Shown here: positions 1 through 12,953 of the stretch, piece by piece | How the letters are laid out: each line of letters opens with the position of its first letter | Position numbering within the stretch: the stretch's first letter is position 1 | Origin: Felis catus | Lineage: Eukaryota | NCBI RefSeq assembly: GCF_018350175.1 | Contig: NC_058368.1 | Span: 81,904,001 to 81,968,000, forward strand | Direction: 5' to 3' | DNA: 64,000 nt | The notes under the pieces: model-generated | The model's database searches: none | Seen by the model: the letters and a program-made list of their open reading frames with translations, nothing else | Told to the model about the DNA's origin: nothing | Position numbers and translations under genes: made by a program

Positions 1-3000
1 TAAATAGAATTTCGAGCTTTATTTCTGGTCAGCTAAGAACTTATCTGATCCATTCATTTTATACCTGTGACTTTGGAAGAAGAAACCTCTGTTGTGTCTT
101 TCAAAATGTGAACAAGCTCATTGCAGCTGTGTGATGTACACACAAACGTTCTAGAATCAGAGTCCTCGGTGCTCTTTGGATACAGTGTGGAAGAGGTTTC
201 CTGCCTTGGGGATAACACTAACACCACCTCAGAGAGGCGGGTGAGCGCTGGGGAGGAGGGGGTCCCTGACCGGAACCCAGCCTTGCCACCTGTGGCCGGG
301 TGGCGCCTGGGTGTCCTCATAAAGTGGATCCGTGAGAACACCTGCCTCGCAGGGCTGCCGCGAACAGCAAGGGACGTAAGTCCGCGTGAAAAGCGCTCAG
401 GCCGCCTGTGGGCAGGAGGCCCACAGGAGGGAGAAGAAGGGGGAGTGAGCGTCTGAGCGGCGGGTGTGGGCTCTCCAGGGTGCGGCTGGCTCGGGAGCTT
501 TCTGAACTTGACAGATTAAGTGGCATTTGCGTGTCTAAATTGGGTGTCGAGCAAACTTTCTGGCTTTTTGTTATTCCCTTGTTGTAGCGTGCCAAAAGTG
601 AGTCCAGGCCCCAAAGCGTGAAAACCGATTTCTTACCTCTGCAGAAGGAGGAACTAGCATTAAGTCGCATTGGTGATGTTTTTAGCAAGACTTCAGGTGG
701 ACAAATGCCCCAGATGAGACTTCACTTTTGTCAGGTTACTTTATCTTCAAAGACAGTTTTCTGAGTGTTTTGATTTCTGAATCCTTGTGAAGGGAGGACA
801 TGTCCTTTGATGTTTAAATAGTAACAAAACGTGGAAAGTTGTTGAGTAGACGTGCATGTTTGGGCTCCATGGTTTCTCAGTTTTATAATTTTATCCATTT
901 GAGAATTTATCAAGTCTCAAAGGGATTTTCAGCCCTTTTATACTGTTTTCTCTTCTGAAACCCAGTCCTTAGTGCTGGCAGCGTCCCTCATCCGCACGGA
1001 CACATTCACGTGCAGGGAGCGTCTGCTGTGAGCTGACCGAGCCTGGGAGACGCCGCACGTCCGCCCTGGTGCCGCAAGACCCCAGATGCTTCGCTGCCAA
1101 CAGTCTCCAGGCACAGACCCTCGGGCGACGCAGAAAGTGTCAGAATTTCACGTGGAAGGTTCAGGCAAGCTTTCACGTGCCACACAATATTCCCAATCAA
1201 TGCGAGGAGAACATTTATTTAAAATTGTTGCAAACACAGCATAGAAAAGACCTAAGTCACCATGTTGCCTGTTGTCTGTTAGTAGGTTTCTAATTTCATA
1301 TGACTAGGGCACCATCTCTCAATTTTGTCATGATTGGTCAGGTGTGATGTGTCCTTTATTTAAGACAATGAAGCGTGTTACTCAAAAAGCTCATTACGAG
1401 CGAGCAGCTCCAGGGTCTCTCCACCGAAGATCTCGCTGCTGGTGCTCAGAGACCGCAGCGTGTCGGACCTGTGGCGTGTCTTACGGGCTATCTTGACGGA
1501 GGCTCCCAGAGCTTCCTGTCTTTGTTTGAGGGAAGACGTTGTCATTGAAAAGGGCCGAAAGGCCCTGTTACACGGTGAACAACTAGTCGTGACCGGCAGC
1601 AGGACTCCGCAGGGAATCATCATCCAGTGGGGCGGCCCGGCTGCGGCCGAGGGCAGTGCCGGGCGGTGGGGATGGGACCCAGCACTGCACAAGAGGCGAG
1701 CTTGTGGGGCGTGTGGTGCCTGTGGGCCCCAGTGCTGGCCCGACCCCGGGGAGTCATCTGTGCACGGCAGGCAGGGGCGCCAGGCACCAGGAGGGAGGAG
1801 GAGAGGCAGGTGTGTCACCTGGCCCACAGGCCCTGCCAGCTTGCACCCGCGTGTGCTGGCCGTGTGGAAATGCACTGACGCACACGTGCACACCCGTGTC
1901 ATTCTTACGAAGAAAAAGAGTCCTCCCGCCTAGTGGCTGCACGTGAAAATGAGCCGGCTGTCAGCCTGGAAGGACTTTCCAAGTACCTGGCATCTCGTTG
2001 AAGAGCTGTGCTAAGTGACTCCCTGCCCTCGCCCCCGCCATGATTAATTTAAGACTTTTTACTGCCAAAAGTCTTGGATGCCATTTATGGATACGAATTC
2101 CTCGACAGTAGCTTGAGCTCATGTTGAGTAAAATACACTCTTGGGGTCCCCAGAGACCCAGTTCTCCAAAGGCCCGCCGGTGCCTGCACTCAGCACACCG
2201 GGGTGGGCCTGGGGCCTGGGAGGAAGAACTTGGGTGTTCTGGGTTTTGTGACTGGGAGCTGAGGGAGGGACATGCCCGGGACGATGTGTGGTTTTGAGAT
2301 GTCCGCCAAATCCAAAGACGTGAGCCTTCAAGACAAAGAGACCAAGAGACTGTGAGCAGATTCGTGTCTCAGAACTGATTTTTGGAAAAGGTTTTAAATA
2401 GTAACGTCTTTAAGACATATTTCCATAAAGTCGGAGACCCTGGGTCAGCCACGCCCACTTGCTGGAACAGCGACGCCGCGGCTGTGTGCACGTGCACACG
2501 CGTGCATCTGACTTACCAGCTGCTCTGTGAGCGGCCCCGTAGTTCCCTTTCTCGTGATTTTCTGTGCACACCTTCGCATTTACACGGGGAGAAATTCGGC
2601 CCCGGCCTCAGAACAACACATGACGGGGCTTGTGGCGGTTACTAATCAGTAGTGGCGGGCAGCTCCCGTGGACACAGAGACATGTCCCGTGGCCACGTCT
2701 CCGCATGTCCTTCCTGCGGTGCCCTGTGCTGAATGGAGCTCAGGGCTCTGGTCCCTGGTCACAGGAAGAGGGCTCGCGTCCTGGACGCACCACATCAAAC
2801 ACGCCATCTGTTTCCTCCTGACTGTGCGCCAGGACGGCCTCTGCTCGGAGGCCCGCGTGGAAGCGCAGAGATGGGCGGCTCGGCGTCCAGTGCGTTGACA
2901 TTCTCTCCGTGTTGCTTCTCACGGACACAGCGCCGGGAGCCGGCTTCACCTGCTGCGTGCCGGCAGACACAGGCCAGCGCAGGGGGCATGGGCGCAGAGG

Positions 3001-4179
3001 AGAGGCGAGTGAGGCCAGCACCTGCTTGCACTCCCAGTGCCTCCCCTGCTCAGAGGTGTGAGCCTGCTCCTAGCCAAAGAGCCGGAAGTGGACCTCATCG
3101 GGGCTGAGCCAGCAGGTGTGCGGGACCCACACTGTCACCTCGGCCCCACAGCCTCCAGCTCTGGCAGGGAAGGCCTGGTGTTTGGCAGGGTCCCCCCAGC
3201 CTGTGAATGTCCCTGGGAGGAAGGTGGGTGCCGAGGGGCAGAAGGAAGCAGACGTTGTCTTGCTGCAAACCGGCTATACCGCTGAAGGGGTGCCCGTGGC
3301 TCGTGGGGTCAAGCGTGGCCATTCAGACAGACCCATGTGCTGACGCCCCCATGGGTGGGAGCGTACAGGAAGCACACGGGAGCCCTGGGACCTCCCCTGT
3401 GTCACACATAAATGGCAACTGAGTGAACTGCCCGGCGGGTTAGGTGTGAGGGTCGGAGGCATGTCCAGCGTGACGCCCACGTGGGCGCACGCTCTGGGAC
3501 AGAGGTGGGGGCAGCAGGTGGCCAGGCAGTCTCTCCCCCTCAGAATCATCGTGGGCACCAGGGGCCAGAGCCTTGGGGTCCGGGGCACGATCGACATCGC
3601 TGGAAAGTGTCACTTGCCAAGCACAGCGGTGTTATCATTTCCTGCCTCCTGAGCTGGACGGCAGGCGGGGGTCACAGACGGCGGAATCTCCCAGTTTATT
3701 TCAAGAAGGCCCGGGGCCGTTTCCCCTCCCTTCCTCCCGCCTTGTAGCTGTTTGTTTGAACTTGAGATTTCCTGAGCTTGGAAGGTGTTTCTGACTTGGA
3801 CAGCGAAGCAAACCCCTGACTCTGGGAGCCCCGGCCAGCACAAGCCCCTTTCCAAGGAAGGAAACGCCCAAGACCTGCAAATAGACCGCTCTGCAGCCTG
3901 GCCCCCACTCTGCAGAGCTCTCCTCTGACACCGCAGGCCTTGTGTCCAGGCTGTGTCCCCCCAGGTGAGGGGACAGGCAGGGGCCGGCCCTCCGTGCACA
4001 GGAGGTTCTGGGCTGCCCGCGCCCGGAGTGATTGCAGAACAAGGCCTGGAGGTGGAGGCCGGGGACTCTGAGAGCCGGTTGGACGCTCTGTTGTTCCTTA
4101 GGACTCGGCAAACCCAAGGTCACTGGAGGTCGCCTGCCCAGCTCAGCGTGCAGCGCGGGGTAGGTGCCCTCCCCCACTG

Positions 4180-4660
4180 CCAGTGCCCGCCCGCTGTGGA
4201 CCGTCTGCAGAGGAGAACTGCAGGGCAAGGGAACTGTGCCCTGTGGAATCGAAGCCCCCGCTGCCGTGCGCGTCCCTGGAGAAAACGTGATGGCTGCGAA
4301 GGGAGCTTCTCGGGGGGCCCCCGGGGGGCCCCAGCGTCGGCTCTGGCTGCTGCCTCGGAGACGCCGGGGGACCTCGAGGCGCCCACAACCTGTTGAGGCG
4401 GGACGGGGTGGCACCACCCGGGACGCAGGAGCAGGTACGGGGTCCCTTCTGCCGGTGGGCACCTCCCTGTACATGTCACTGGGACGCGTGCCCCTTGAAG
4501 CACTTGGGAGGTTGGAAATGATGCATCGGGCTGTCTCACCGAAGCCGGACTGTGGGTCCGGCTTTACTTGGTTTACTGTCTTCTGCTTTTGAGGAGTGTG
4601 CTGAGTCTCTGCTTCGGCCGCGGTGGCAGGCGGGACGTGCGTGTGCCCTGCCCTTGTGTG
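4180..4660. promoter_or_regulatory. CpG-rich patch, candidate alternative promoter
   Basis: Locally raised CpG density by eye around the candidate exon at 4290. Confidence 0.4.
4290..4434 (+). CDS. MCF2L: Candidate alternative first coding exon of MCF2L: MAAKGASRGAPGGPQRRLWLLPRRRRGTSRRPQPVEAGRGGTTRDAGA(D)
   Basis: gtgATGG start, 145 nt = 48 codons + 1, donor CAG|gtacgg, phase 1, inside a CpG-rich patch. Confidence 0.5.
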
Positions 4661-7129
4661 CCCTTGTGTGCCCTGCCCTTGCGGTCTGAGGGGCATCCTG
4701 CCCTGGCATCCATCCCGGGCAGCCTCCAGTGCTCCCTCCCCTGCAGCCAGAGCCTAGGCTGTCCCCAAGGAGGCTTCTCTCAGAGGAAGGTGTGGGAATT
4801 CTCCTGGGTCTCAACATAACGTCCATGCAGGCTGACCTCCACCAGAGACTGGCGTGCTGACAGCTGGGGCTGGAGGAGGGAACCTGTCCCTCATTTCTGT
4901 CCTTTCTCCCGGAGACTAGGAAGCCTGAGCTTTGCTGTTGACCTTGGGGCAGCAGCTGACTGCAGCATCGGGCACCTTGTCAGGCATCAGATGCCCTTGA
5001 TGTCTAAGGTGAACGATGCCAGAAGTAACAAAGCTAGCCCAACACGTCCCCTGGTTTGGGGGCCCCACGGCTCCTCCCTGGTGGGGAGTAGGAGCCTCAC
5101 TCTGGCCCATTAGTGTCCCAAGAGGATGGGAGAAGCTGGTGCATAAAACTGCAGGGCTGAGGGCCTGGCCCTGGTGTGGCTGGTGGCCACGGGATAGTCT
5201 CAGCCCTGGTGTGGCTGGTGGCCACAGGGCAGGCTCGGCTGTGACCAGACAGCCTCCCTCAGTTTCTCTTTGGGGAAGGATGGAGCCCACACACTGAAAG
5301 CCTGATGGCCTCTGCTTCTCGGCTGTCACTCCCAGCTCACCTGCATCCGTGCACACGTTCAGGGTTAAAATAACAGGTCCTCGACTTTCTGGTGGATGCT
5401 GCCGACTCTGAGGAGTGAGTGGAGTCAGGTCCCAGAGGGGCCTGTGTGGACCCCTGCCCCAGCCTGGCACATGTTTGGGCCCCTCCTGACCCCCTCCCAA
5501 GCCCACTGTCTAGAGGTCATCGGATGTGGGCTCACAGGGGTCCCTGAGTTTTCTGACCAGACTGGCCTCGGAGGACCTGCTCTCTGAGAACCCCCAACTC
5601 TGAAGGACTGAATTAACATCCAACCCCTGGAGGCCCCATGGGGGAGGGTGATGTGGGGCCTGAGCCTGCCCCCCCCCCCACATCAGCCAGGTGACCCAGA
5701 TGGTGAGGTCAGTGCTGCAGCGATGTCTGCTCAGGGTGCCCGGTGGGGTGCTGACCCGAGAGGCTTCTCCACCAGCCCTAGTGCCCACGAGAGGCTGAGT
5801 GTGCCGGCTCATACTGGCACCAAGGTGGATGATGGGCAGTTAGGTGCTGAGTCCTGGGTCCTGGCGTTCAAAGAAGAGTGGGGGGTGCTAAGGAAAAGCC
5901 CGAGTTCCCTGAAAGTAGCTCTAAGGGACGCCCAGCACTGGGGGACGTGTGCATTGGTACTTGGCTACGGTGTCTGCTGGGTCTTGCCCGTACGGCTTTC
6001 AGAAGAGCCAGATCTGCAAACCTGGCTCTCAACTCTTGCAGAGCTCCGGGAAGCAGAGCGCCGTGCTCTCTGACTCCCCAGAGCATCCAGGTGAGATCAG
6101 CCAAGACCCGCGAAAATGAGGAGAGAGTGTGTGGTTTTGTTTAAAGTGTGTTTATCAGAGGAAATACTTGTACTGAGATGCTTCCTTACGGGCTGTGGTC
6201 AGACTGGCTGGTAAGGACAGGTTTCTTGCTCTGAAGAAATCTGGTGATTCGTATTATTTTCATCATTGTAAACTTCAGGCAACTTGGTTGAAGTCACTGC
6301 TTCCGGCGCCTCACCCCAACTCCCCGTCTTCCACCAGCCTGCTTGGGGACAGCTTGGCTCAGGCCTGGGGACAGTTCTGGGACCTGACGCATCTGGGTCT
6401 TTGTGGCGTCTTGATCCTGGAGACCCACAGCTGCTTACCCCCAGCCCCACTGTCTAGCTGGCTTGGACTGCCTCGCTGGCCCAGGTGTGTGGACTCTGTC
6501 CACTGCCGTGGTCCCTGAACAGAGTGAGGGGGAGGGGTGCCTTACCCCGTCCCTGTGGAGTTCCGTGCGGTAGGCAGGGCTGTGACGGTGGCACAAGGCA
6601 GCCCATGCCCCCCTGGATTCTGAGAGAGCATCTCCAGGTGGGGACTCAGGCGTCACACCCCAGACCTGTTAGAGACCCGCAGGCTGGGAACAGAAGGCTG
6701 GTCAGGGCGACCTTGTCTCTGTGGTCCTCACCTCCCTTTCAGCAAATACGGCCTCCGCCTCTGTTTGTTCCCAAACATCGTCACCCGTGTCAGGAGCATC
6801 GGACCTTATCAGGTGGAAGAAGGTGGTGGTGTGGGGCTGCTCTGGGCATCTTGTCCTATGTGGCGCTCCCAGCATGCACACATCTCTCTGCCAGCAGGTG
6901 GGCCCTCCTTGCATCTGACCTTCCTGTCGCCTCCACAAAAGCTCAGGGAAGTCATGCCGGCAGAGCTGTCCCTTGTCCCTGAACTGAGGCCAAGACAGGC
7001 CAGGACGTTCCTTCCTCCTTGGGCCGCCAGAGCCGGCCGGCCGGGGTCCGTGTGTACTTACGCAGGGTGGGGTGAGCAGATGTGAGCCTGTGGGAAGGTA
7101 ATCACCCTTCAGTGTTTTGTCTCTGTTCA

Positions 7130-7248
7130 TGGGTGAAACGGAAGTAAAAAGTCAGCTGGTCCCTCACGCAGATTTTAGGGAGCAAAGTTCAGTGGGAGAG
7201 GCTGGCAGGTGAGCAGGGAAGGCGGCAGAACCGGGAACAGGGACAGCC
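7130..7248 (+). promoter_or_regulatory. Candidate promoter/5'UTR of the 7249 exon
   Basis: ETS-type ACGGAAGT (~7138-7145) and E-box CAGCTG (~7153) about 100 nt upstream of the Kozak ATG. Confidence 0.3.
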
Positions 7249-7345
7249 ATGGGGGACAGAAGCACGGCCCGAATCTCCGTGGCGGAGATGAAAAGCTATT
7301 ACGTCTATTCTGAGTGGTGCTCCTGGCTGCTGTCTGTCGCTGAGG
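7249..7345 (+). CDS. MCF2L: Candidate alternative first coding exon of MCF2L: MGDRSTARISVAEMKSYYVYSEWCSWLLSVAE(D)
   Basis: Ideal Kozak gccATGG at 7249, second in-frame ATG at 7288, 97 nt = 32 codons + 1, consensus donor AGG|gtgagt at 7346. Protein-like composition unlike the surrounding GC ORFs. Confidence 0.7.
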
Positions 7346-8569
7346 GTGAGTCCCTGGATCCCATCAGCCACCGCCTGTTGGGGTCTCTCCCAGCGCTCCT
7401 GGCTTTGGTGGCCGTGGTGTGATGCAGTAGCCGTGCCTCCTGGAGACGGTTCCACACCTCCCGTGGTGAAGGGGGGATGTCCTGTGAGTCACAAGCAGGT
7501 ACCTGTGGGGCTCAGAACAGCACAGGGAACGGGTGTTACGAGTAGGTGAGCCTTTCATCCAAAGTTATCATCAGACAGCTCTGAGTCATGCCCTCTGCTA
7601 CCAAAAGCCAGGGACATCCCTGTGTCTAGAGGGTCAACTCCACGGCTGGCCTGAACTGGACAGCAGGGAGCGTGGCCAGCACCAGGCCCATCAGAGCCAA
7701 GCTGGGCCTCGTTTGGGGGGCGCTCCATGTGCAGGGGTCCACACGCTCCATGCAAACAGAACAAAAGCCACCAGCTACTTGGTGTTGATTATGCCCCGAC
7801 AGAGTGACACCCAGGGTGACCTACGGGAAGGTCAACTGTGCTGTAGTTGAAATGCAGTTTGGTGACACTTAAGGTGCTTCCATGGTCGGCTCCAGGGAGC
7901 TGCAGAGCCCAGCGAATGCCCCTGGAGCCCTGGCCGTGCACCGGGGCTGAGCAGGTGTCCTGTCCGGAGTGGGGCTCCTCCTCCACTTGCCCCTGAAACT
8001 CACGAAACCGGCCGCATGTGAATCACATGGTTTCTTTACTGGCCCATCTTGTCTGTGAGGACAGATCTGTGGTGTCACTGTGACCAGGCTGGGAGGAGGG
8101 ATCACAGCTCCATGAAGACAGGATGTTCAGATGTTTACCAGGCCCTTCGTGTGGCCCAGGGTTCGCGTTCTCATCCTCTGATGGAGAGCTTTGTGGTCAA
8201 GTCTGTGCCTTGGTGTCTCCTGTGAACAATACCTGCTTTACCACCGAGGACGGCCAGGCAGTAGTTGTCCGAAACAACATTGTGTTTCAGACTAGGGGCT
8301 GTCGGGAGCGTGGGCACCAGCGGGTGATATGTGTAGGTGCTTGGATTTGCTGCAGGACCCACAGTTGGTTCTGTTGGTCTTGTTTCTGTGACAGTGGGGA
8401 TGGCGCCAAGCCAGACAGCCCGGTGGTGGCCCCCCCTGAGGACCCCCAGGAAGGCCAGCATGGCTCAGCTCAGAGAGGGGCTTGGCCCCTGGGCTGATCT
8501 GTTTATGCAATAATCACATGCTCCTCCCCACAGGGAAACTGAGGCTGAGTGAGGGTTGAAGCTTCCAAC

Positions 8570-8732
8570 AGGGGCTGCCCCTGGAGGGGGCAGGTGGGGG
8601 ACAGGTGGGGGCCATGGGGCAGTTGAGTGGCTGCCACTGGAGGGGGGCAGGTGGGAGGTGGGTGGGGGCCGGGTGGAGGGGGCAGGTAGGGGGCTGCCAC
8701 TGGAGGGGGCCAGGTGGGAGCCAGGTGGGAGG
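8570..8732. repeat. Degenerate G-rich tandem repeat
   Basis: Three copies of ggctgcc(a/c)ctggaggggg(g)caggtggg with G-rich linkers. Confidence 0.7.
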
Positions 8733-10928
8733 GAAGCTTTGGGCTTCCCACCAGCCCCTGCAGACTTCCTAGAAGCTCCTTTGTGTGCACACTGGGCCGT
8801 CCCTCCTGCACCAGAGGCAGATGCCTCCAGCCCACCTGCGTGATGTCAGTCCCAGGGCAGAGTTTCTGCTTTGTTCTCAGCCCTTTTCCTCTCCATTTTC
8901 ACTCCACATCCAGATTCCCCTCCCGGTCGCCCCCACGCCACGGTTCCTGTGACCGAGAGCGGTGCCTTGACGAAGTGGTGGCCTGGACCCAGGGCCACGA
9001 CCCTGCCCTTCCCACCTCTCGGCCCACAGCTCTGGCCTGGACTCGGAGTGGAGTCAGGGCTGCAGGACAGGAGTCACCCTCCTGGAGCCCTGGGGGCATG
9101 GCCGAGGGGCATCTGTGCAGTATGTGGGAGCCCAGCCCGACAGAGCGTCCCCCAAAGGTGCTGTAAGGTGGGGCGGTGGGGGGGCTGTGCCTTTCTGGGG
9201 ACACAGTTGCTCTGAGGACACAGACGTGCCAGCGTGTGTGACAGCGTGGTGTCTGCGCTTGGATGGGATTCCCCAGCAAACCTTGTCACCAGCGCCTGGG
9301 GAGGGGGGGGACCCAGTGGGGCACAGTGGTGACTTTGTGCTCTTTGGGGAGGAAGATGGGGCTCTGAGCAGACCGTGTCTGGAAGAGGGTCGCAGGCGAA
9401 CATATACCGAGGGTGATGCTTCTGTTCGGGGGGGGGGGGGCTCCACCCGGTCTGTCGCGATTCAGAGGAAACAAGCTGACATCTGTCAGCACGTGCGTCG
9501 TTTGCTCTGTGGGTACGGCTGCCTCTGCCTGGGGTGTAGGGCACTTCGCATGCAGTGTCTACTTGATTCGCTCTTCCCTCACACCGTGTGGAGCAGAAGG
9601 GTCAAGTTAGCGCCTTCCACAGGTGGGCGTCAGCCCTTCCTGTGTGGCCCTGCATGTGTGTGCGTGTGGTGGCACGCTGGCGGGCCCCAGAAGACCCCAC
9701 AGACGACTTTCTGCAGCGGCAGGAGATCAAGGTCAGTGTCTGGATTCGTCATTCGCTCATGGGCTCCATGTGACATGCAAAGGGACTCGTAATTCAGGGA
9801 CATTTTCTTGGGCCACATCAACCTGGGGCGTGGTCAGAGCTGTAGGAAGCCTGGTCCATACTGGCAGCAGCGTGGGTGACGGAGCCCCTCTTTGTCACCG
9901 TCCTATGTTGAGAAAGACCCAGAGGTTCCGTTACCGTGCTGGCAACACCCGTGTGAATCCTGGCATGCGATGGTTGCTCTGAACCCTGCAAGGTGTGTGG
10001 GCCGGGGGCAGGTTCCTCAGGAACAACACGCTAAGAAAAAACGACAGACGCTTATCCTGCACGTGGACCCAGACCAGTTGGGGTGGGAAGCCACGGCCAC
10101 GGCCGCCCGTTTGCACTTTCCTTCAAAATACTGTGAACTGTTTGTTCTTGCGAAGAAACCTTAATTTTCCAAGATTGCCTGAAAGAGGTGCCTGAGTACT
10201 CGCCTCACCGTGACGCCTCCACAGGAGTGAGTTCTTGGAAAAATAAAAGGTTTTCTGGGTGAAGCTAAGAACAAAAGAGTAAACAAAACGTTTCAAGGCC
10301 TGAGAAGCGCTCTCGTTCACGCCCGCGCAGCAGGTAGGGTCCCCCGCGCCAGGCCGAGGCTCCGTGCTGCAGTGAAAGAGTGTGCATCAGGCTGCACAGT
10401 CTCTGTGCAGGCCAGGGCTGGGAGAGCCCGCCTCGGGAACCGACCAGCTGCGGGCAGAGACGTCCATCCGGGGGAGGAGACTCCTGCACACCCACCCCGT
10501 CCCCATGTGATGGTTGACAGGGTCGGCCGGCGGCCGCGGGGAGGGGGCTGGAGGTGTGCTCACTCCAGGACACACAGTCTGAGCGCCACCTGACAGCGAG
10601 CCGGGCGTTGGCACAGGACTGGGGTGAGTCCCCGAGACAGGCGGGCCAGCGGCCTTCCTCTCCGCCTCCTCGTGCTCCACAGCGGGCTGTCCAATTCCCC
10701 AATCTCGGCGCATTTTCCTGAATGACACCGGCACCTTTCAGACACGTTTTCAGTTGCAGTGTCCATCCCGTGGTGAAATCAAAGCAGAGTTTTTTAGCAT
10801 GATTTCATTAGAATGTTGGAAATTGGACCAGAAGCTGTTGAGCATTCCAGAAATCTGCCAGATAGTTGTGAACGGATTAGGTGAGAAAGGCATCCTACAT
10901 GTGATGGCTGAAATGAAATTTGCATTTT

Positions 10929-11697
10929 TTTTAAATGAAATTTATTGTCAAATTGGTTTCCATATAACACCCAGTGCTCATCCCAACAGGTGCCCTCCTC
11001 AATGCCCATCACCCACCCTCCCCTCCCTCCCACCCCCATCAACCCTCAGATTGTTCTCAGTTTTTAAGAGTCTCTTATGGTTTGCCTCCCTCCCTCTCTA
11101 ACTTTTTTTTTCCTTCCCCTCCCCCATGGTCTTCTGTTAAGTTTCTCAGGATCCACATAAGAGTGAAAACACATGGTATCTGTCTTTCTCTGTATGACTT
11201 ATTTCACTTAGCATCACACTCTCCAGTTCCATCCACGTTGCTACAAAAGGCCATATTTCATTCTTTCTCATTGCCACATAGTATTCCGTTGTGTATATAA
11301 ACCACAATTTCTTTATCCATTCATCAGTTGATGGACATTTAGGCTCTTTCCATAATTTGGCTATTGTTGAGAGTGCTGCTATAAACATTGGGGTACGAGT
11401 GCCCCTATGCATCAGTACTCCTGTATCCCTTGGGTAAATTCCTAGCAGTGCTGTTGCTGGGTCACAGGGTAGATCTATTTTTAATTTTCTGAGGAAACTC
11501 CACACTGCTTTCCAGAGCGGCTGCACCAGTTTACATTCCCACCAACAGTGCAAGAGGGTTCCCGTTTCTCCACATCCTCTCCAGCATCTATTGTCTCCTG
11601 ATTTGTTCCTTTTAGCCACTCTGACTGGCATGAGGTGGTATCTGAGTGTGGTTTTGATTTGTATTTCCCCGTTGAGGAGCAACGTTGAGCATCTTTC
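10929..11697 (-). mobile_element. LINE-1 (carnivore/felid type) 3' segment: ORF2 C-terminus, 3'UTR, short poly(A)
   Basis: Minus ORF 11146..11682 gives [12 protein letters not shown]...[27 protein letters not shown]...PKCPSTDEWIKK (ORF2 Cys-rich domain); T-tract at the left end. Confidence 0.96.
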
Positions 11698-12953
11698 CTG
11701 ATGAATATGGTTGCAAAAATTCTCAACAAGATACTAGCAAATCGAATTCAATAGCATATGAAAAGGATTATTTACCATGATCAAGTGGGATTCATTCCCG
11801 GGCTGCAGGGCTGGTTCAATATTCGCAAATCAATCAATCTGATCCATCACATTAATAAAAGAAAAGAACCATATGATCCTGTCAATCAATGCAGAAAAAG
11901 CATTTAACAAAATTCAGCATCCTTTCATAATAAAACCCTCGAGAAAGCCAGGATAGAAGGAACACACTTAAACATCATAAAAGCCATTTATGAAAAGCCC
12001 ACAGCTAACATCATCCTCAATGGGGAAAAACTGAGAGCTTTTTCCCTGAGAGCAGGAACACGACAGGGATGTCCACTCTCACTGCTGTTGTTTCACATAG
12101 TGTTGGAAGTTCTAGCATCAGCAATCAGACAACAAAAGGAAATCAAATGCATCAAAATTGACAACGATGAAGTCAAGCTTTCTCTTTTTACAGATGACAT
12201 GATACTATATATGGAAAATCCGATAGACTCCACCAAAAGTCTGCAAGAACTGATACATGAATTTAGCAAAGTTGCAGGATACAAAATCAATGTACAGAAA
12301 TCAGTTGCATTCTTATACACTAACAATGAAGCAACAGAAAGACAAATAAAGAAACTGATCCCATTCACAATTGTACCAAAAATCATAAAATACCTAGGAA
12401 TAAACCTAACCAAAGATGTAAAAGATCTGTATGCTGAAAACTATAGAAAGCTTATGAAGGAAATTGAAGAAGGTATAAAGAAATGGAAAAACATTCCGTG
12501 CTCATGGATTGGAAGAAGAAATATTGTTAAAATGTCAATACTACCTAAACCTATCTACACATTCAATGCAATCCCAATAAAAATTGCACCAGCATTCTTC
12601 TCGAAGCTAGAACAATCCTAAAATTTGTATTGAACCACAAACGACCCCAAATAGCCAAAGTCAAGTTGAAGAAGAAAACCAAAGCAGGAAGGATCACAAT
12701 GCCAGATTTTAGCCTCTACCACAAAGCTGTAATCATCAAGACAGCATGGTATTGGCACAAAAACAGACACATAGACCAATGGAATCAAATAGAGACTCCA
12801 GAATTGGACCCACAAACATATGGGCAACTAATCTTTGACAAAGCAGGAAAGAGCATCCAATGGAAAAAAAGTCTCTTCAGCAAGTGGTGCTGGGAGAACT
12901 GGACAGCAACATGCAGAAGGATGAAACTAGACCACTTTCTTACACCATTTACA
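11698..12953 (+). mobile_element. Inverted internal segment of the same L1: degenerate ORF2 reverse-transcriptase region
   Basis: Encodes [50 protein letters not shown] (RT motif), [21 protein letters not shown], with frameshifts and stops. Whole element flanked by TSD gaaatttgcatttt (10915-10928, 12954-12967). Confidence 0.95.

Noticed and set aside
1..4289. Other recalled MCF2L first exons (MRFWLR..., MFDCWR...) and the antisense lncRNA
   Set aside because: No matching sequence spotted; probably upstream of this window.
6178..6216. ATG mini-ORF MLPYGLWSDWL with donor CTG|gtaagg
   Set aside because: Phase 0, out of frame with exon 34379.
10231..10339. Open phase-1 frame VLGKIKGFLGEAKNKRVNKTFQGLRSALVHARAA ending CAG|gtaggg
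   Set aside because: Preceded directly by an in-frame TGA with no ATG; at most a non-coding exon, which I cannot support.
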